Source of the DNA: Candidatus Methanosuratincola verstraetei
Lineage (GTDB): Archaea > Thermoproteota > Methanomethylicia > Methanomethylicales > Methanomethylicaceae
Assembly (NCBI GenBank): GCA_049570475.1
Contig: CP186953.1
Span: 1,056,001-1,120,000 of the forward strand
Length of the DNA: 64,000 nucleotides
Reading direction: 5' to 3'
How positions within the stretch are numbered: position 1 is the first letter of the stretch; the number at the start of each line of letters is the position of its first letter. The translations under genes were made by a program, and so were the position numbers. Below the pieces are notes generated by a model. The model was not told the origin of the DNA. It was given only the letters and a program-made list of their open reading frames with translations, and searched no databases. Positions 9,869-19,927 of the stretch are shown piece after piece.

Positions 9869-10591
9869 ATGCGCCTGGCGAGGGAAGTCCCTGTTACCGC
9901 CTTTTACACCTCCTTAGTAACCGTCGCCACCGTCGCCTTCACAATCTATGTGCCTGCGACGAGGGGTTACTTCAACGTCGGAGAGTCTGCGGTGTTCCTT
10001 GCCGCCCTCCTTGGAGGCGCGAGGATAGGCGCCTTCGCAGGGGGGGTTGGATCCATGCTTGCCGACCTCATCCTTGGTTACTACCTGTTTGCCCCGGCTA
10101 CGCTCTTGATCAAGGGTCTTGAGGGCTTCCTCTTGGGCGCTTTGATCTCGAGGCGCCCTGGGCTTCGGGAAAGGGGGTGGCGGCTGCTTTCAGTCGCTGC
10201 CAGTGCCATCGTCTTTACGCTGGTCTTTGCCGTTGGCACCTTGTTCTACTCAGGATCATCGGAGGTTTCAATCGGGCTCCCTTGGATTGGCGCCTATAAC
10301 TTTGTAGTCGAGCTTTCCTACGCATTTTGGGCGATCATAGGGATCGCAATCGCCATTGTAGTCGCTTATGCTTCCTTTTCTGCGCGCCAAGAGGCTGGGT
10401 ACATGACAATTTCTGCCCTGGTCTCGGGATCGGTGATGGTCATAGGCTACTTCCTCTACGAGCAGCTGTTCCTTGGGTACGCCGCGATAGCCGAGGTCCC
10501 CTTTAACATAGGTCAGGTTCTGGTCGGAATCACCATTGCAATTCCCGCTTATGCATCTCTAAAGGTGATCTCGCGCCGATCCAATCATTGA
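9869..10591 (+). CDS. ECF transporter S component
   Basis: IYVPATRGYFNVGE, GGVGSMLAD, IKGLEG, EVPFNIGQ; multiple TM helices. Confidence 0.85.
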   Translation: MRLAREVPVTAFYTSLVTVATVAFTIYVPATRGYFNVGESAVFLAALLGGARIGAFAGGVGSMLADLILGYYLFAPATLLIKGLEGFLLGALISRRPGLRERGWRLLSVAASAIVFTLVFAVGTLFYSGSSEVSIGLPWIGAYNFVVELSYAFWAIIGIAIAIVVAYASFSARQEAGYMTISALVSGSVMVIGYFLYEQLFLGYAAIAEVPFNIGQVLVGITIAIPAYASLKVISRRSNH

Positions 10592-10701
10592 TCGCCAGGG
10601 GAACTGAGATCCTGGAGCCTGTCCGACCAGGCAGGTGGCAGCTAGCCGAATGAATCCGAAAGGTTAAAACCTTAAAACGCATAGTCTCGTCTGAATAGCT
10701 T

Positions 10702-11265
10702 ATGCCTACAGATCCCTCCGAAAGCATCAGGCACTCTCAGTTCTTCTACGAGGAGGAGCCGATAGGCGTCACTTTCATCAAGGCTTTCCCTGCGACGTCA
10801 GTCGGCGGCTTTGAACTGGGCGCCATCGAGGAGGGAAGGGAGGAGCGGCTGCCTATCTGGATCGCTAGGGTGCTCGAGGCGGAGGGCTTTGTCAAGATTT
10901 CAGGAGAGGAATCCCAGGCTCTGAAGTCAACAGATCTCTACAAGCTCTGCTGGAAGGAGGAGCGCAACGAGGGTCTCTCGAAGCTCCCGAGCCACTTCTA
11001 CCCTCGCCTAAGGCGCCTGCTGGCTACGCTCAATGAGGCAATAAAGAACAACCCCACTCACACGCTCCTGAGCGAGCACCGGCAGTCTTTCATGAAGGCG
11101 CAGGACTTGGTGAACTGCAGGCTGCAGAAGATCCTCCAACTGGCAAGGGAGAGGAACCCGCTCAGGCCGTCCCTCGATATGCTTGAGCCGGAGGAGCTTG
11201 CCCTGTTCAATTCTATCAGGGAAGCGATAGACGAGTGGCGCAAGAAGATTGTCTCCCCGGAGTGA
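10702..11265 (+). CDS. GINS subunit (Gins23/Psf2-like)
   Basis: LPIWIA...LSKLPSHFY...RLQKI...EELALF; immediately upstream of mcm. Confidence 0.8.
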   Translation: MPTDPSESIRHSQFFYEEEPIGVTFIKAFPATSVGGFELGAIEEGREERLPIWIARVLEAEGFVKISGEESQALKSTDLYKLCWKEERNEGLSKLPSHFYPRLRRLLATLNEAIKNNPTHTLLSEHRQSFMKAQDLVNCRLQKILQLARERNPLRPSLDMLEPEELALFNSIREAIDEWRKKIVSPE

Positions 11266-11270
11266 TTGTT

Positions 11271-13340
11271 ATGACCGAAACTGTTGAGATTGTCGATTAC
11301 CGTGAACGCTTCGTCAGTTTCCTCAAGGAGTTCCAGGATAGCAAGGGAGCATTCAAGTACAGGGACGCGATGTCCAGCATGGCATCACAGGGGAAGACTT
11401 CCCTTGTGGTGGATTTCGAGGACGTAATATCCTTCGATCCAGACCTCGCGAAGGACATCAAGGAGAGGCCCCTCGAGCTGTTGCCAAAGATAAATGCCGC
11501 GATCTACGATGCAATGCGCGCGGAGAACATGCAGTACGCAGCGAAGATCAAGAACTTCAAGGCCAGGTTCAGGAAGCTCGACGAGGTCGTACCGCTCAGG
11601 TCACTGAAGTCGGCGCACATGGGAAAGCTGATCATGGTGGAAGGGATAATCACAAGGGCATCCGCGGTGAAGCAGCTTCTGAAGACTGCGGTCTACCAGT
11701 GCCCGCGCTGCGGTGAGAAGATAGTCCTGGAGCAGACGGGAAACATATTGATGCCTCCATCCCAGTGCACGAACCAGGACTGCGCAAGGAAGGGTTATTT
11801 CAGGCTCCTCCCCGAGGAGTCCGTATTCGTTGACTGGCAGCTCATATCGGTCCAGGAGAAGCCAGAGGAGCTGCCCCCTGGCCAGCTCCCACGCTCCGTC
11901 GAGGGCATCCTCCAGGGCGACATAGTCGACACCTCCCGGCCGGGCGACAGGGTCTCGCTCGTAGGCATCCTGCAGGCTAAGCAGGAGTTCACCTCGAGAG
12001 GCTTCAGGCTTGCTACATTCTCTTCCGGGATCGAGGCCAACCACCTCGAGATCTCAGAGAGGGGGACCGAGGAAGTCGCGATCACCCCCGAGGACGAAAA
12101 GGCGATAAAGAAGCTCGCCTCGGACCCCAACCTGTACGACAAGCTGATCGGATCGATCGCCCCGTCGATCTACGCCTACGATGAGATAAAGGAGGCTGTG
12201 GCATACCAGCTCGCCGGAGGCGTCACCAAGACGATGCCAGACGGGATCAAGATAAGGGGCGACATCAACATACTTCTGGTCGGAGACCCAGGCACCGCAA
12301 AGTCCCAGCTCCTCCAGTATGTCTCGAGGATAGCCCCCCGCGGCGTATACACGTCGGGGAAGGGATCGACTGCCGCGGGCCTCACGGCCACTGTGATCCG
12401 AGACAAGAACACAGGGGAGTTCTTCCTCGAGGCGGGGGCTCTCGTCATCGCCGACAAGGGGATAGCCTGCATCGACGAGATCGACAAGATGCGCCCGGAA
12501 GACAGATCGGCGATACACGAGGCTATGGAACAGCAGACCATCAGCATAGCCAAAGCCGGCATAGTCGTCCAGCTCAACGCCAGGAGCAGCATCCTAGCGG
12601 CAGCCAACCCGAGCTTCGGCAGGTACGTCCCGCAGAAGACGATCTCGGAGAACATCAACGACCTGCCAGTCACAATCCTCTCAAGGTTCGACCTCATATT
12701 CACGCTGCTAGACCGCCCCGACGAACTCAAGGACAGGAAGATGACCGAGCACATACTCAATCTGCACCGCGGGATCCGCGTGACCAAGGAGTCCCCAATA
12801 GACCCAGAGCTCCTTAAGAAGTACATATACTACGTGAGGAAGCACGGATCGCCGAAGATAGGCGAGGAGGCCAGCAAGGCGATAGAGGACTTCTTCCTTG
12901 AGATGAGGGCGATGGGACAAGGCGCAGACTCCCCCGTCCCTATCACGATGAGGCAGCTCGAGGCTGTGATAAGGCTCTCAGAGGCCAGGGCAAAGCTGGC
13001 CCTCAAGAAGGAGGTCTCGAAGGAGGACGTGCAGGCAGTTATCAGGCTGCTCAAGACCTTCCTGAAGCAAGTTGGGATAGACTCATCAACGGGGAAGATC
13101 GACATCGACACCATTATGGTTGGGCACCCCAAGTCGCAGGGTGACAAGATGGCGCAGCTCTTCGACATTTTCAGGGAGATGGAAAAAGAGAACGAGGGCA
13201 GGCCCGTCCGGAAGGAGGCATTGATCGAGCGAGCCGGGCTGGAAGGGCTGGACAGGAAATTCGTCGAGAGGGCTGTCATTGAATGGATAAACCAGGGGGT
13301 CATCTACGAGCCCAAACACGGTGAACTGAAGAAGGCTTGA
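11271..13340 (+). CDS. mcm: MCM replicative helicase (no intein)
   Basis: Zn finger CPRC...CTNQDC, GDPGTAKS, IDEIDKM, EAMEQQ, SRFD. Confidence 0.97.
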   Translation: MTETVEIVDYRERFVSFLKEFQDSKGAFKYRDAMSSMASQGKTSLVVDFEDVISFDPDLAKDIKERPLELLPKINAAIYDAMRAENMQYAAKIKNFKARFRKLDEVVPLRSLKSAHMGKLIMVEGIITRASAVKQLLKTAVYQCPRCGEKIVLEQTGNILMPPSQCTNQDCARKGYFRLLPEESVFVDWQLISVQEKPEELPPGQLPRSVEGILQGDIVDTSRPGDRVSLVGILQAKQEFTSRGFRLATFSSGIEANHLEISERGTEEVAITPEDEKAIKKLASDPNLYDKLIGSIAPSIYAYDEIKEAVAYQLAGGVTKTMPDGIKIRGDINILLVGDPGTAKSQLLQYVSRIAPRGVYTSGKGSTAAGLTATVIRDKNTGEFFLEAGALVIADKGIACIDEIDKMRPEDRSAIHEAMEQQTISIAKAGIVVQLNARSSILAAANPSFGRYVPQKTISENINDLPVTILSRFDLIFTLLDRPDELKDRKMTEHILNLHRGIRVTKESPIDPELLKKYIYYVRKHGSPKIGEEASKAIEDFFLEMRAMGQGADSPVPITMRQLEAVIRLSEARAKLALKKEVSKEDVQAVIRLLKTFLKQVGIDSSTGKIDIDTIMVGHPKSQGDKMAQLFDIFREMEKENEGRPVRKEALIERAGLEGLDRKFVERAVIEWINQGVIYEPKHGELKKA

Positions 13341-13353
13341 AGGGTGAGCCAGT

Positions 13354-15570
13354 ATTAGGGTAGAGGAGCTCGAAATCGACGAGAGGGCTAAGAAGTTATA
13401 CGAAGAGTGCGGGATAACCGAACTCTACCCGCCCCAGGAGCTCGCGCTGAAGTCCGGCCTCCTGGAAGGGAAAAACCTGGTCCTTGCCGTCCCGACCGCC
13501 TCAGGAAAGACGCTTGTCGCAGAGATCTGCGCGATAAAGCACATTCTCGAGCGGAATGGAAAAGTCCTCTACCTCGTCCCTCTGAGGGCTCTCGCTTCAG
13601 AGAAGCTCGATGAGTTCAAGCGCCTTGCCAAGATAGGCATAAAGGTTGTGATGAGCAGCGGCGACTACGACTCGCTCGACCCAGAGCTTGGCAAGTACGA
13701 CCTCATAATCGCCACCAACGAAAAGGCGGACTCCCTCTTCCGCCACAGCCCGCCCTGGGTCGACCGCCTCTCGCTTGTGGTGGCTGACGAGATCCACCTC
13801 CTCGGGGAGCCATCGAGAGGTCCGACCTTGGAGTCGATCCTCACCAGGATGAAGTACCTCAAGATGGATGTCCAGGTGCTGGGGCTGAGCGCCACCATAA
13901 GCAATGCAGAGGAGCTTGCTGGCTGGCTTGGCGCATGCCTGGTCACAAGCGATTGGCGCCCAGTGCCCTTGAAAGAGGGCGTCTTCTGTCGGGGGAGCGT
14001 CACCTTCCTGGACGGGGAGGTGAGGCAGGTGCCCAAGTCTGGGGGCGGGGACCCTGTTGCGGACATGGCTGTCGACGTGATAAAATCCGGCGGTCAGATG
14101 CTGATCTTCACAGGCAGCCGAAACTCGGCAGTATCGCTCGCAAGGAGGCTCGAGGGGCCGGTCCAGGGGGAGCTCAAGTCATCGGAGAAGTCCCGGCTGA
14201 AGGCGCTTTCGGAGAGGATCCTCTCGCTCGGAGAGCGGACGAAGCTCACCGAAAAGCTCGCAAAGTCTGTGTCCTGCGGCGTGGCATTCCACCATGCCGG
14301 CCTCACTTACCCGCAGAGGAAGGCGATAGAGGACTCATTCCGTTCGGCGCTTATCAAGTGCATCTGCGCCACACCAACGCTCGCGGCTGGGGTTAACACC
14401 CCTGCGCGGCGCGTCCTCATTTACGAGTATAGGCGGTACGAGCCCGGGGTTGGTAGGGTTAACATACCCGTGCTGGAGTACAAGCAGATGGCAGGCAGGG
14501 CAGGACGCCCGAGATACGACAAGCTCGGCGAGGCGATCGTCTTCTCAAGGTCCGAGGAGGAGAGGGACTTCCTGTTCGAGCAGTACCTTCTTGCCAAGCC
14601 CGAGAAGGTCTGGTCCAAGCTTGGCGTTGCCCCCTCGCTCAGGTCGCAGGTGCTTGCAGCCGTGGCGATGGGTCTCGCTAGATCGAGGGGCAGCATAATT
14701 GATTTCTTCGGCGAGTCCTTCTGCGCCTACCAATATGGGATAGATTCCTTCAAGAGCTCGATCCTCGAGTCGGTCTCCTTCCTGATCAATGCTGGTATGA
14801 TCAAGGAGGGAAAGGAGGTCGAGTCCCTCGAGGCCACTGCACTCGGCAAGAGGGTGGCAGAGCTTTACATCGACCCTAAGTCGGCGGAGATCATCCTGCG
14901 TGCACTTGCCCTGAGGAGATCCGGCCTGCCTGCCATGAGCTACCTCGCATTGGCATGCCACACTCCGGACATGCCGAAGCTTTATGTCAGGGGAAAGGAG
15001 GTCGAGTCCCTCGAGTCCTATCTGGAGTCCAACTCCGATCTCTTGCTCTTCGAGGTGCCGGAGGAAGAGTTTGAGCGCGAGATGATCCTGTCAGAGCTCA
15101 AGACTGCGCTCCTCCTTAAGGAGTGGATTGATGAGGCGCCCGAGGAGGCGATTGTTGAGCACTTCGACATCGGGTCAGGGGACATTTACGCCTACGTGGA
15201 GTCAGCCAAGTGGATCCTAAACGCTGCGCACGAGCTCGCAAGGCTAATGGGATACCGGGAGTCGGCGGAACCCATCAGGAGGCTCCTCGTGAGGGTGGAG
15301 AACGGCATCAGGGAGGAGCTCCTGCCGCTAATTTCGCTTAGGGGAATCGGGAGGGTGAGGGCAAGGGCGATCTACTCCGCAGGATACAGGAGCATTGAGG
15401 ACCTGAAGCGCGCCTCTGTCTCTGATCTGAGGAGGATCCCCCAGATAGGGCCAGAGACGGTGAAGTCGATACTGGAGCAGGTGGGCGGGACCGTTACCAA
15501 GGAGGAATGGTCCTCCGTCGCATCAAGGAAAGGCACCAGGCAGCTCTCCATCGACGACTACGGCACATGA
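13354..15570 (+). CDS. hel308: Hel308/Hjm Ski2-like helicase; true N-terminus lies 98 codons upstream of the ORF-track start
   Basis: Open frame from ATT 13354: (M)RVEELEID...ELYPPQ...PTASGKT...PLRALASEK, then DEIH, SAT, FHHAGL, QMAGRAGR, HhH. Confidence 0.92.
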   Translation: MRVEELEIDERAKKLYEECGITELYPPQELALKSGLLEGKNLVLAVPTASGKTLVAEICAIKHILERNGKVLYLVPLRALASEKLDEFKRLAKIGIKVVMSSGDYDSLDPELGKYDLIIATNEKADSLFRHSPPWVDRLSLVVADEIHLLGEPSRGPTLESILTRMKYLKMDVQVLGLSATISNAEELAGWLGACLVTSDWRPVPLKEGVFCRGSVTFLDGEVRQVPKSGGGDPVADMAVDVIKSGGQMLIFTGSRNSAVSLARRLEGPVQGELKSSEKSRLKALSERILSLGERTKLTEKLAKSVSCGVAFHHAGLTYPQRKAIEDSFRSALIKCICATPTLAAGVNTPARRVLIYEYRRYEPGVGRVNIPVLEYKQMAGRAGRPRYDKLGEAIVFSRSEEERDFLFEQYLLAKPEKVWSKLGVAPSLRSQVLAAVAMGLARSRGSIIDFFGESFCAYQYGIDSFKSSILESVSFLINAGMIKEGKEVESLEATALGKRVAELYIDPKSAEIILRALALRRSGLPAMSYLALACHTPDMPKLYVRGKEVESLESYLESNSDLLLFEVPEEEFEREMILSELKTALLLKEWIDEAPEEAIVEHFDIGSGDIYAYVESAKWILNAAHELARLMGYRESAEPIRRLLVRVENGIREELLPLISLRGIGRVRARAIYSAGYRSIEDLKRASVSDLRRIPQIGPETVKSILEQVGGTVTKEEWSSVASRKGTRQLSIDDYGT

Positions 15571-15618
15571 TGATCAAAAATATTACCTCCATCGCTCAAC
15601 TATCTCGATCAGGCTGGG

Positions 15619-16815
15619 ATGTTGTTGAGGCTCTTCAATACCGCGACTGACGATGAAATAAAATCAGGGCTCACCTCTGACATCTACTACCTCAGGACAA
15701 AGTCCATAATCGAGGCCAAGTGCATCGATAAGGATGTCGTCGCAGAGGTCACCGTGGGCTCCCTCCCTGAGGGCTGGAAGTGGGGCGTCTTCTGCGGGCT
15801 AGACGAGGTGATCAACCTTTACAGCGGCCTTCCCGTTGACGTTTATTCCTTGCCTGAAGGGACGATTTTCCCTTCCAGGGACATCAGGGGCTACCGTGTG
15901 CCACAGATGGCCATCGTCGGAAAGTACGGGTCCTTCGTCTCAGTGGAGACTGCGACAGTCGGGCTAATATGCCAGGCCTCGGGTGTGGCGACCGCCGCGG
16001 CAAGGGTGAAGAAGGCTGCGGCTGGAAAGACAGTCTTTGCCTTCGGCATCAGGAGGATGCACCCTGCAATCGCCCCGATGCTCGACAGGTCTGCTTACAT
16101 CGGAGGGTTCGACGGCGTCTCTGGCATGTTGGGGGCAAGGCTGATCGGTATACCGCCTTCCGGGACCATGCCCCACCCGCTCATCTTGATGTTCGGGAAG
16201 CAGGAAGCAGCCTGGGGCGCCTTCGATGAGGTGATCGACCCTTCGGTCCCGAGGATAGCACTCGTCGACACCATGTGCGACGAGAAGTTTGAGGCGATCA
16301 GGGCTGCAGAGCTGCTTGGAGAACGGCTCGACGGCGTCCGTCTCGACACGCCTGGCTCGAGGAGAGGCGACTTCCTTGAGATAGTCAAGGAGGTTCGCTG
16401 GGAGCTTGACCTCCGCGGATACAGGCATGTCAAGATCTATGTGTCGGGGGGCCTGAACGAGTCCTCGGTATCAAAACTTGCTGCGGGCCCTGTGGACGGC
16501 TTTGGGGTCGGAACATCTGTTTCGAACGCGCCGACCATTGACTTCTCCCTCGACTTGGTCGAGGTGGAGGGCAAGCCCGTCTCAAAGAGGGGCAAATACG
16601 GAGGGCGCAAGCAGGCTTGGAGGTGCCCCCAGTGCCACAAATGGGTCGTAACCCCCTGGGGCGCGCTTGGCGGGAACTGCCCGTCTTGCGGCGCGCCGCT
16701 CGAGCCCATGCTGCGGAAGGTTGTGGAGAGGGGTGACCCGGTCGCTGGGAGGGATCTCCCAAGCACCATAAGGGAAAGGGTACTTAGGGAGCTTGAGTTC
16801 CATACTTTGGAGTGA
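15619..16815 (+). CDS. pncB: Nicotinate phosphoribosyltransferase
   Basis: DIYY, FGIRR, GTMPH, VRLDT, GFGVGT, C-terminal Zn ribbon. Confidence 0.9.
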   Translation: MLLRLFNTATDDEIKSGLTSDIYYLRTKSIIEAKCIDKDVVAEVTVGSLPEGWKWGVFCGLDEVINLYSGLPVDVYSLPEGTIFPSRDIRGYRVPQMAIVGKYGSFVSVETATVGLICQASGVATAAARVKKAAAGKTVFAFGIRRMHPAIAPMLDRSAYIGGFDGVSGMLGARLIGIPPSGTMPHPLILMFGKQEAAWGAFDEVIDPSVPRIALVDTMCDEKFEAIRAAELLGERLDGVRLDTPGSRRGDFLEIVKEVRWELDLRGYRHVKIYVSGGLNESSVSKLAAGPVDGFGVGTSVSNAPTIDFSLDLVEVEGKPVSKRGKYGGRKQAWRCPQCHKWVVTPWGALGGNCPSCGAPLEPMLRKVVERGDPVAGRDLPSTIRERVLRELEFHTLE

Positions 16816-16821
16816 AGAGCT

Positions 16822-18093
16822 ATGGATCCATACCTTGTGAAGGAGATACGATCTCGGGAGATACTAGATTCGAGAGGAAACCCGACAGTCGAGACGGACG
16901 TGCTCACAGAGGGGGGCTTCGGGAGGGCGTCGGTCCCTTCAGGCGCCTCCACTGGGAAGCACGAGGCGGTGGAATTGAGGGACGGGGGGAAACGGTTCCA
17001 CGGCAAGGGAGTGATCAATGCCTGCAACAATGTGGTCAAAGTCATTGCCCCGGAAATCATCGGCATGGACTGCAGGTCCCAGAGCGAGATCGATCGCAGG
17101 ATGATTGCCCTTGACGGGACTGAAAACAAATCCCGTTTGGGCGCAAATGCGATCCTTAGCGTCTCGCTCGCGGTCGCGCGCGCAGCCGCCAACACATCGG
17201 GCGTTCCGCTCTACAAGCACTTGAACCCAAAGTCCGTGATGCTCCCTGTGCCGATGATGAACATAATCAACGGCGGGAAACACGCCGGCAATGAGCTGGC
17301 AGTCCAGGAGTTCATGGTGGTGCCTGTCGGGGCAGGCTCGTTCAGGGATGCAGTTCGGATATGCTCTGAAGTCTATGCGTCGCTCAAGAGGATCCTCCGG
17401 GAAAGCTACGGCCCATCCGCAGTGAACGTGGGTGACGAGGGCGGTTTCGCCCCGCCGATTTCACGCTCGGAGGAGGCACTGGGTGCGATTGTGTCAGCGA
17501 TCAGATCTTCTGGCTACGACGAGGGTACTGTTATGCTTGCCATAGACTCGGCCGCCTCCAACTTCTTCAAGGATGGGGTCTATGAAATAGACGGCAGGCG
17601 GCTGGATCGGGAGGGCATGATCGACTACTACTCTGCGCTCTTGGATTCCTACCCAATCGTATCGCTCGAGGATCCGCTCGAGGAGGAGGACTTTGAAGGT
17701 CTAGCTGAGCTGACACGGAGGATCGGGAGGCGCGTCCAGGTCGTTGGTGATGACATATTTGTGACCAACATCAAGAGGTTCAGCCGCGGCGTCTCTGTGG
17801 GGGCTGCAAACTCGATCCTCCTGAAGGTGAACCAGATCGGTACCCTCTCAGAGGCAATCGAAGTCGCAGCCTTTGCGGCGAAGAACGGCTACTCGGTGGT
17901 GGTCAGCCACAGGTCAGGCGAGACCGAGGACAACTACATCGCTGACATAACCGTTGCGCTCGGGACCGGGCAGATAAAGACAGGGGCTCCAGCCCGCGGG
18001 GAAAGGACTTCAAAATACAACCAGCTCATGAGGATAGAGGAGGAGATCGGGGCCGCAGCGGTCTACCCAGGGATCTCTGCGTTCAAGAGATGA
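16822..18093 (+). CDS. eno: Enolase
   Basis: REILDSRGNPTVE, VPSGASTG, GDEGG, SHRSGETED, KYNQL. Confidence 0.98.
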   Translation: MDPYLVKEIRSREILDSRGNPTVETDVLTEGGFGRASVPSGASTGKHEAVELRDGGKRFHGKGVINACNNVVKVIAPEIIGMDCRSQSEIDRRMIALDGTENKSRLGANAILSVSLAVARAAANTSGVPLYKHLNPKSVMLPVPMMNIINGGKHAGNELAVQEFMVVPVGAGSFRDAVRICSEVYASLKRILRESYGPSAVNVGDEGGFAPPISRSEEALGAIVSAIRSSGYDEGTVMLAIDSAASNFFKDGVYEIDGRRLDREGMIDYYSALLDSYPIVSLEDPLEEEDFEGLAELTRRIGRRVQVVGDDIFVTNIKRFSRGVSVGAANSILLKVNQIGTLSEAIEVAAFAAKNGYSVVVSHRSGETEDNYIADITVALGTGQIKTGAPARGERTSKYNQLMRIEEEIGAAAVYPGISAFKR

Positions 18094-18233
18094 CCTCCTT
18101 TTTTCGATTATGCTTTGGATGCCATTAAGGCAGATCCGAAAGATAGAGCTGTTCCAGACGCGTTAGCCGGCAGTTGTAAGGATCGGAAGGCAGCGCCGGC
18201 AAGAAATATAACCATTAGCGGCTAAAATAGCAT

Positions 18234-19232
18234 ATGGGATTAAGGAAATTTCTTTTACCATTGTTTCTAATGATCGCTCTGGCGGTCCCCCCTGCGGCTG
18301 CACACTCTCCGATAATCGCAGGAGGAAACGACAGCCTGGATCGGGCCATCTCGATAGACGACCCGGCTAAGTCATGGGCAATTTTCTCGCGTATCCCTGG
18401 CGGCTGGACAGCCCAATTCTACAAGTTCGATATGAATGAAGGCGAGCGCATTTACTCTGTGCTCCAGATCTCGCCGGAGGCAAAGGAGTCGGGTTTCTCC
18501 CCACTCATCGCAATAATTGGTCCAGGGATGCCTGACCCCCCTGAGGGCCTGCCTTTCCAGGTCCCGGAGGGATCTGGCGTCCTCGTGATCGAAGGGGTCC
18601 CTGCAGACTCTGCTTCATACGAGGGTTTCACCCCTACTGTATTCTTCAGGGTCGCTTCTTACTCTTCTCCAGCCCCTGCTACGGGCACATATTACTTGGC
18701 CGTCTTTTCCGGGATCCCTGGATCGTACAGCTTGGCGATTGGGTACAAGGAGGAGTTCACGCCATACGAATGGGTAATGATACCGATCAATCAGATCTTG
18801 ATATACCTGTGGTCTGGCCAGTCTCCGCTTGCCGTCCTTGCCCCGATGGCTCTTGTAGTAATGATTGGGGTGCTTTTCCTTCTGTGGAAGTGGTGTCTCA
18901 CTGGGCCTATCTGCCTCCCAAAGGCATTGACAGCTGTGGCTTCGCTCTTCTACATCGGGACGGGGGCGATCATATTGAATCAGATTGCGTATGCATCAAA
19001 ATGGGTGGAACTCGGACCTGAAGTTGGGATTACCTTGGTCTTCGCTGCGCTGCCAGTAATGCTGGGAATAGCCGCACTTCGGAAGGCGCAAAACTGGAGC
19101 CCGTCCACCAGATCCAGGCTGTCCATATTCGCACTCGGGGCACTGGGACTACTGCTTTGGGCCGGAGCCTTGGTCGGGCCCTCAATCATGATGATCGCCT
19201 CGATTCTGCCTGGGAGATCCTCAAACCGATGA
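18234..19232 (+). CDS. Hypothetical membrane protein with signal peptide and extracellular beta domain
   Basis: N-terminal signal ...PAAA/H; about four C-terminal TM helices. Confidence 0.75.
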   Translation: MGLRKFLLPLFLMIALAVPPAAAHSPIIAGGNDSLDRAISIDDPAKSWAIFSRIPGGWTAQFYKFDMNEGERIYSVLQISPEAKESGFSPLIAIIGPGMPDPPEGLPFQVPEGSGVLVIEGVPADSASYEGFTPTVFFRVASYSSPAPATGTYYLAVFSGIPGSYSLAIGYKEEFTPYEWVMIPINQILIYLWSGQSPLAVLAPMALVVMIGVLFLLWKWCLTGPICLPKALTAVASLFYIGTGAIILNQIAYASKWVELGPEVGITLVFAALPVMLGIAALRKAQNWSPSTRSRLSIFALGALGLLLWAGALVGPSIMMIASILPGRSSNR

Positions 19233-19454
19233 ACCCCGCTAAACTGAAAAACTGCCCTGATGCGGGTTAGGATGGGCATCTTTCTTTTGACATGGGAGGC
19301 GTGCAACCGTGTAAGCGGGCTAGTTAGTGGTCTTGTCTTTGTCGTCCATGTCTCATTGATGCCGCTCCTTTTACATTGATCCTTTTTTGTCCATAACTGA
19401 AATGTAACTGGGCTCAAGTCGGTTCACCATTGGCAGAATTCTTGCGCTGGGGAA

Positions 19455-19530
19455 TTAGGGCTGGTTGAGCTTGCAATTTACGGAGTAATCATGAGAACGC
19501 CCACGAGCTTTAGCCGCGGGAGTATGTCAT
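19455..19530 (+). mobile_element. Orphan IS200/IS605-family right-end remnant
   Basis: GAACGCCCACGAGCTTTAGCCGCGGGAGTATGTCAT: subterminal hairpin with TTTA loop ending in TCAT; no tnpA or tnpB ORF nearby; left boundary approximate. Confidence 0.6.
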
Positions 19531-19673
19531 GGAGCAAGACTCAGGTTGGGTCTTGGGGATTTTACCATTAAGCTGCTAGTCAGCCCGGAACCATCCCCGC
19601 TTGGCACCGATGGATATTAATTATGAGCTTGCGACGCACAAGCAATTCTGCTGCATTGCGCCGGGATTAGTTG

Positions 19674-19769
19674 TGGTGCGGCCACCGGGATTTGAACCCG
19701 GGTCATGGGCTCTCTTCGGTTGGAACGCCATGGAAGGCCGACGTCCTAACCAGGCTAGACTATGGCCGC
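19674..19769 (-). tRNA. tRNA-Gly(TCC) with a 19-nt intron at 37/38 (19712-19730); CCA encoded
   Basis: GCGGCCA acceptor stem, GGTTCAAATCC T-arm, BHB helix CTTC/GAAG with bulges CA|T and AG|A. Confidence 0.92.
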
Positions 19770-19927
19770 ACTTACTTTGAAAGGATAGCCTTTCTTTTTT
19801 TAACTTTTCGTCTGGCTGAATTAATTGCTTTTCCAGAGCATTTCCTCTATCGGAAGCTCTTTAACCATCCTCTCCTGCAGGAGTTTAAAATGATAGATTT
19901 TTCTGCCTTCTCGAGATCCCATTAACC

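Noticed and set aside
18160-18205. GGAAGGCAGC reminiscent of SRP RNA helix 8
   Set aside because: The region is too short and lacks the flanking SRP helices.
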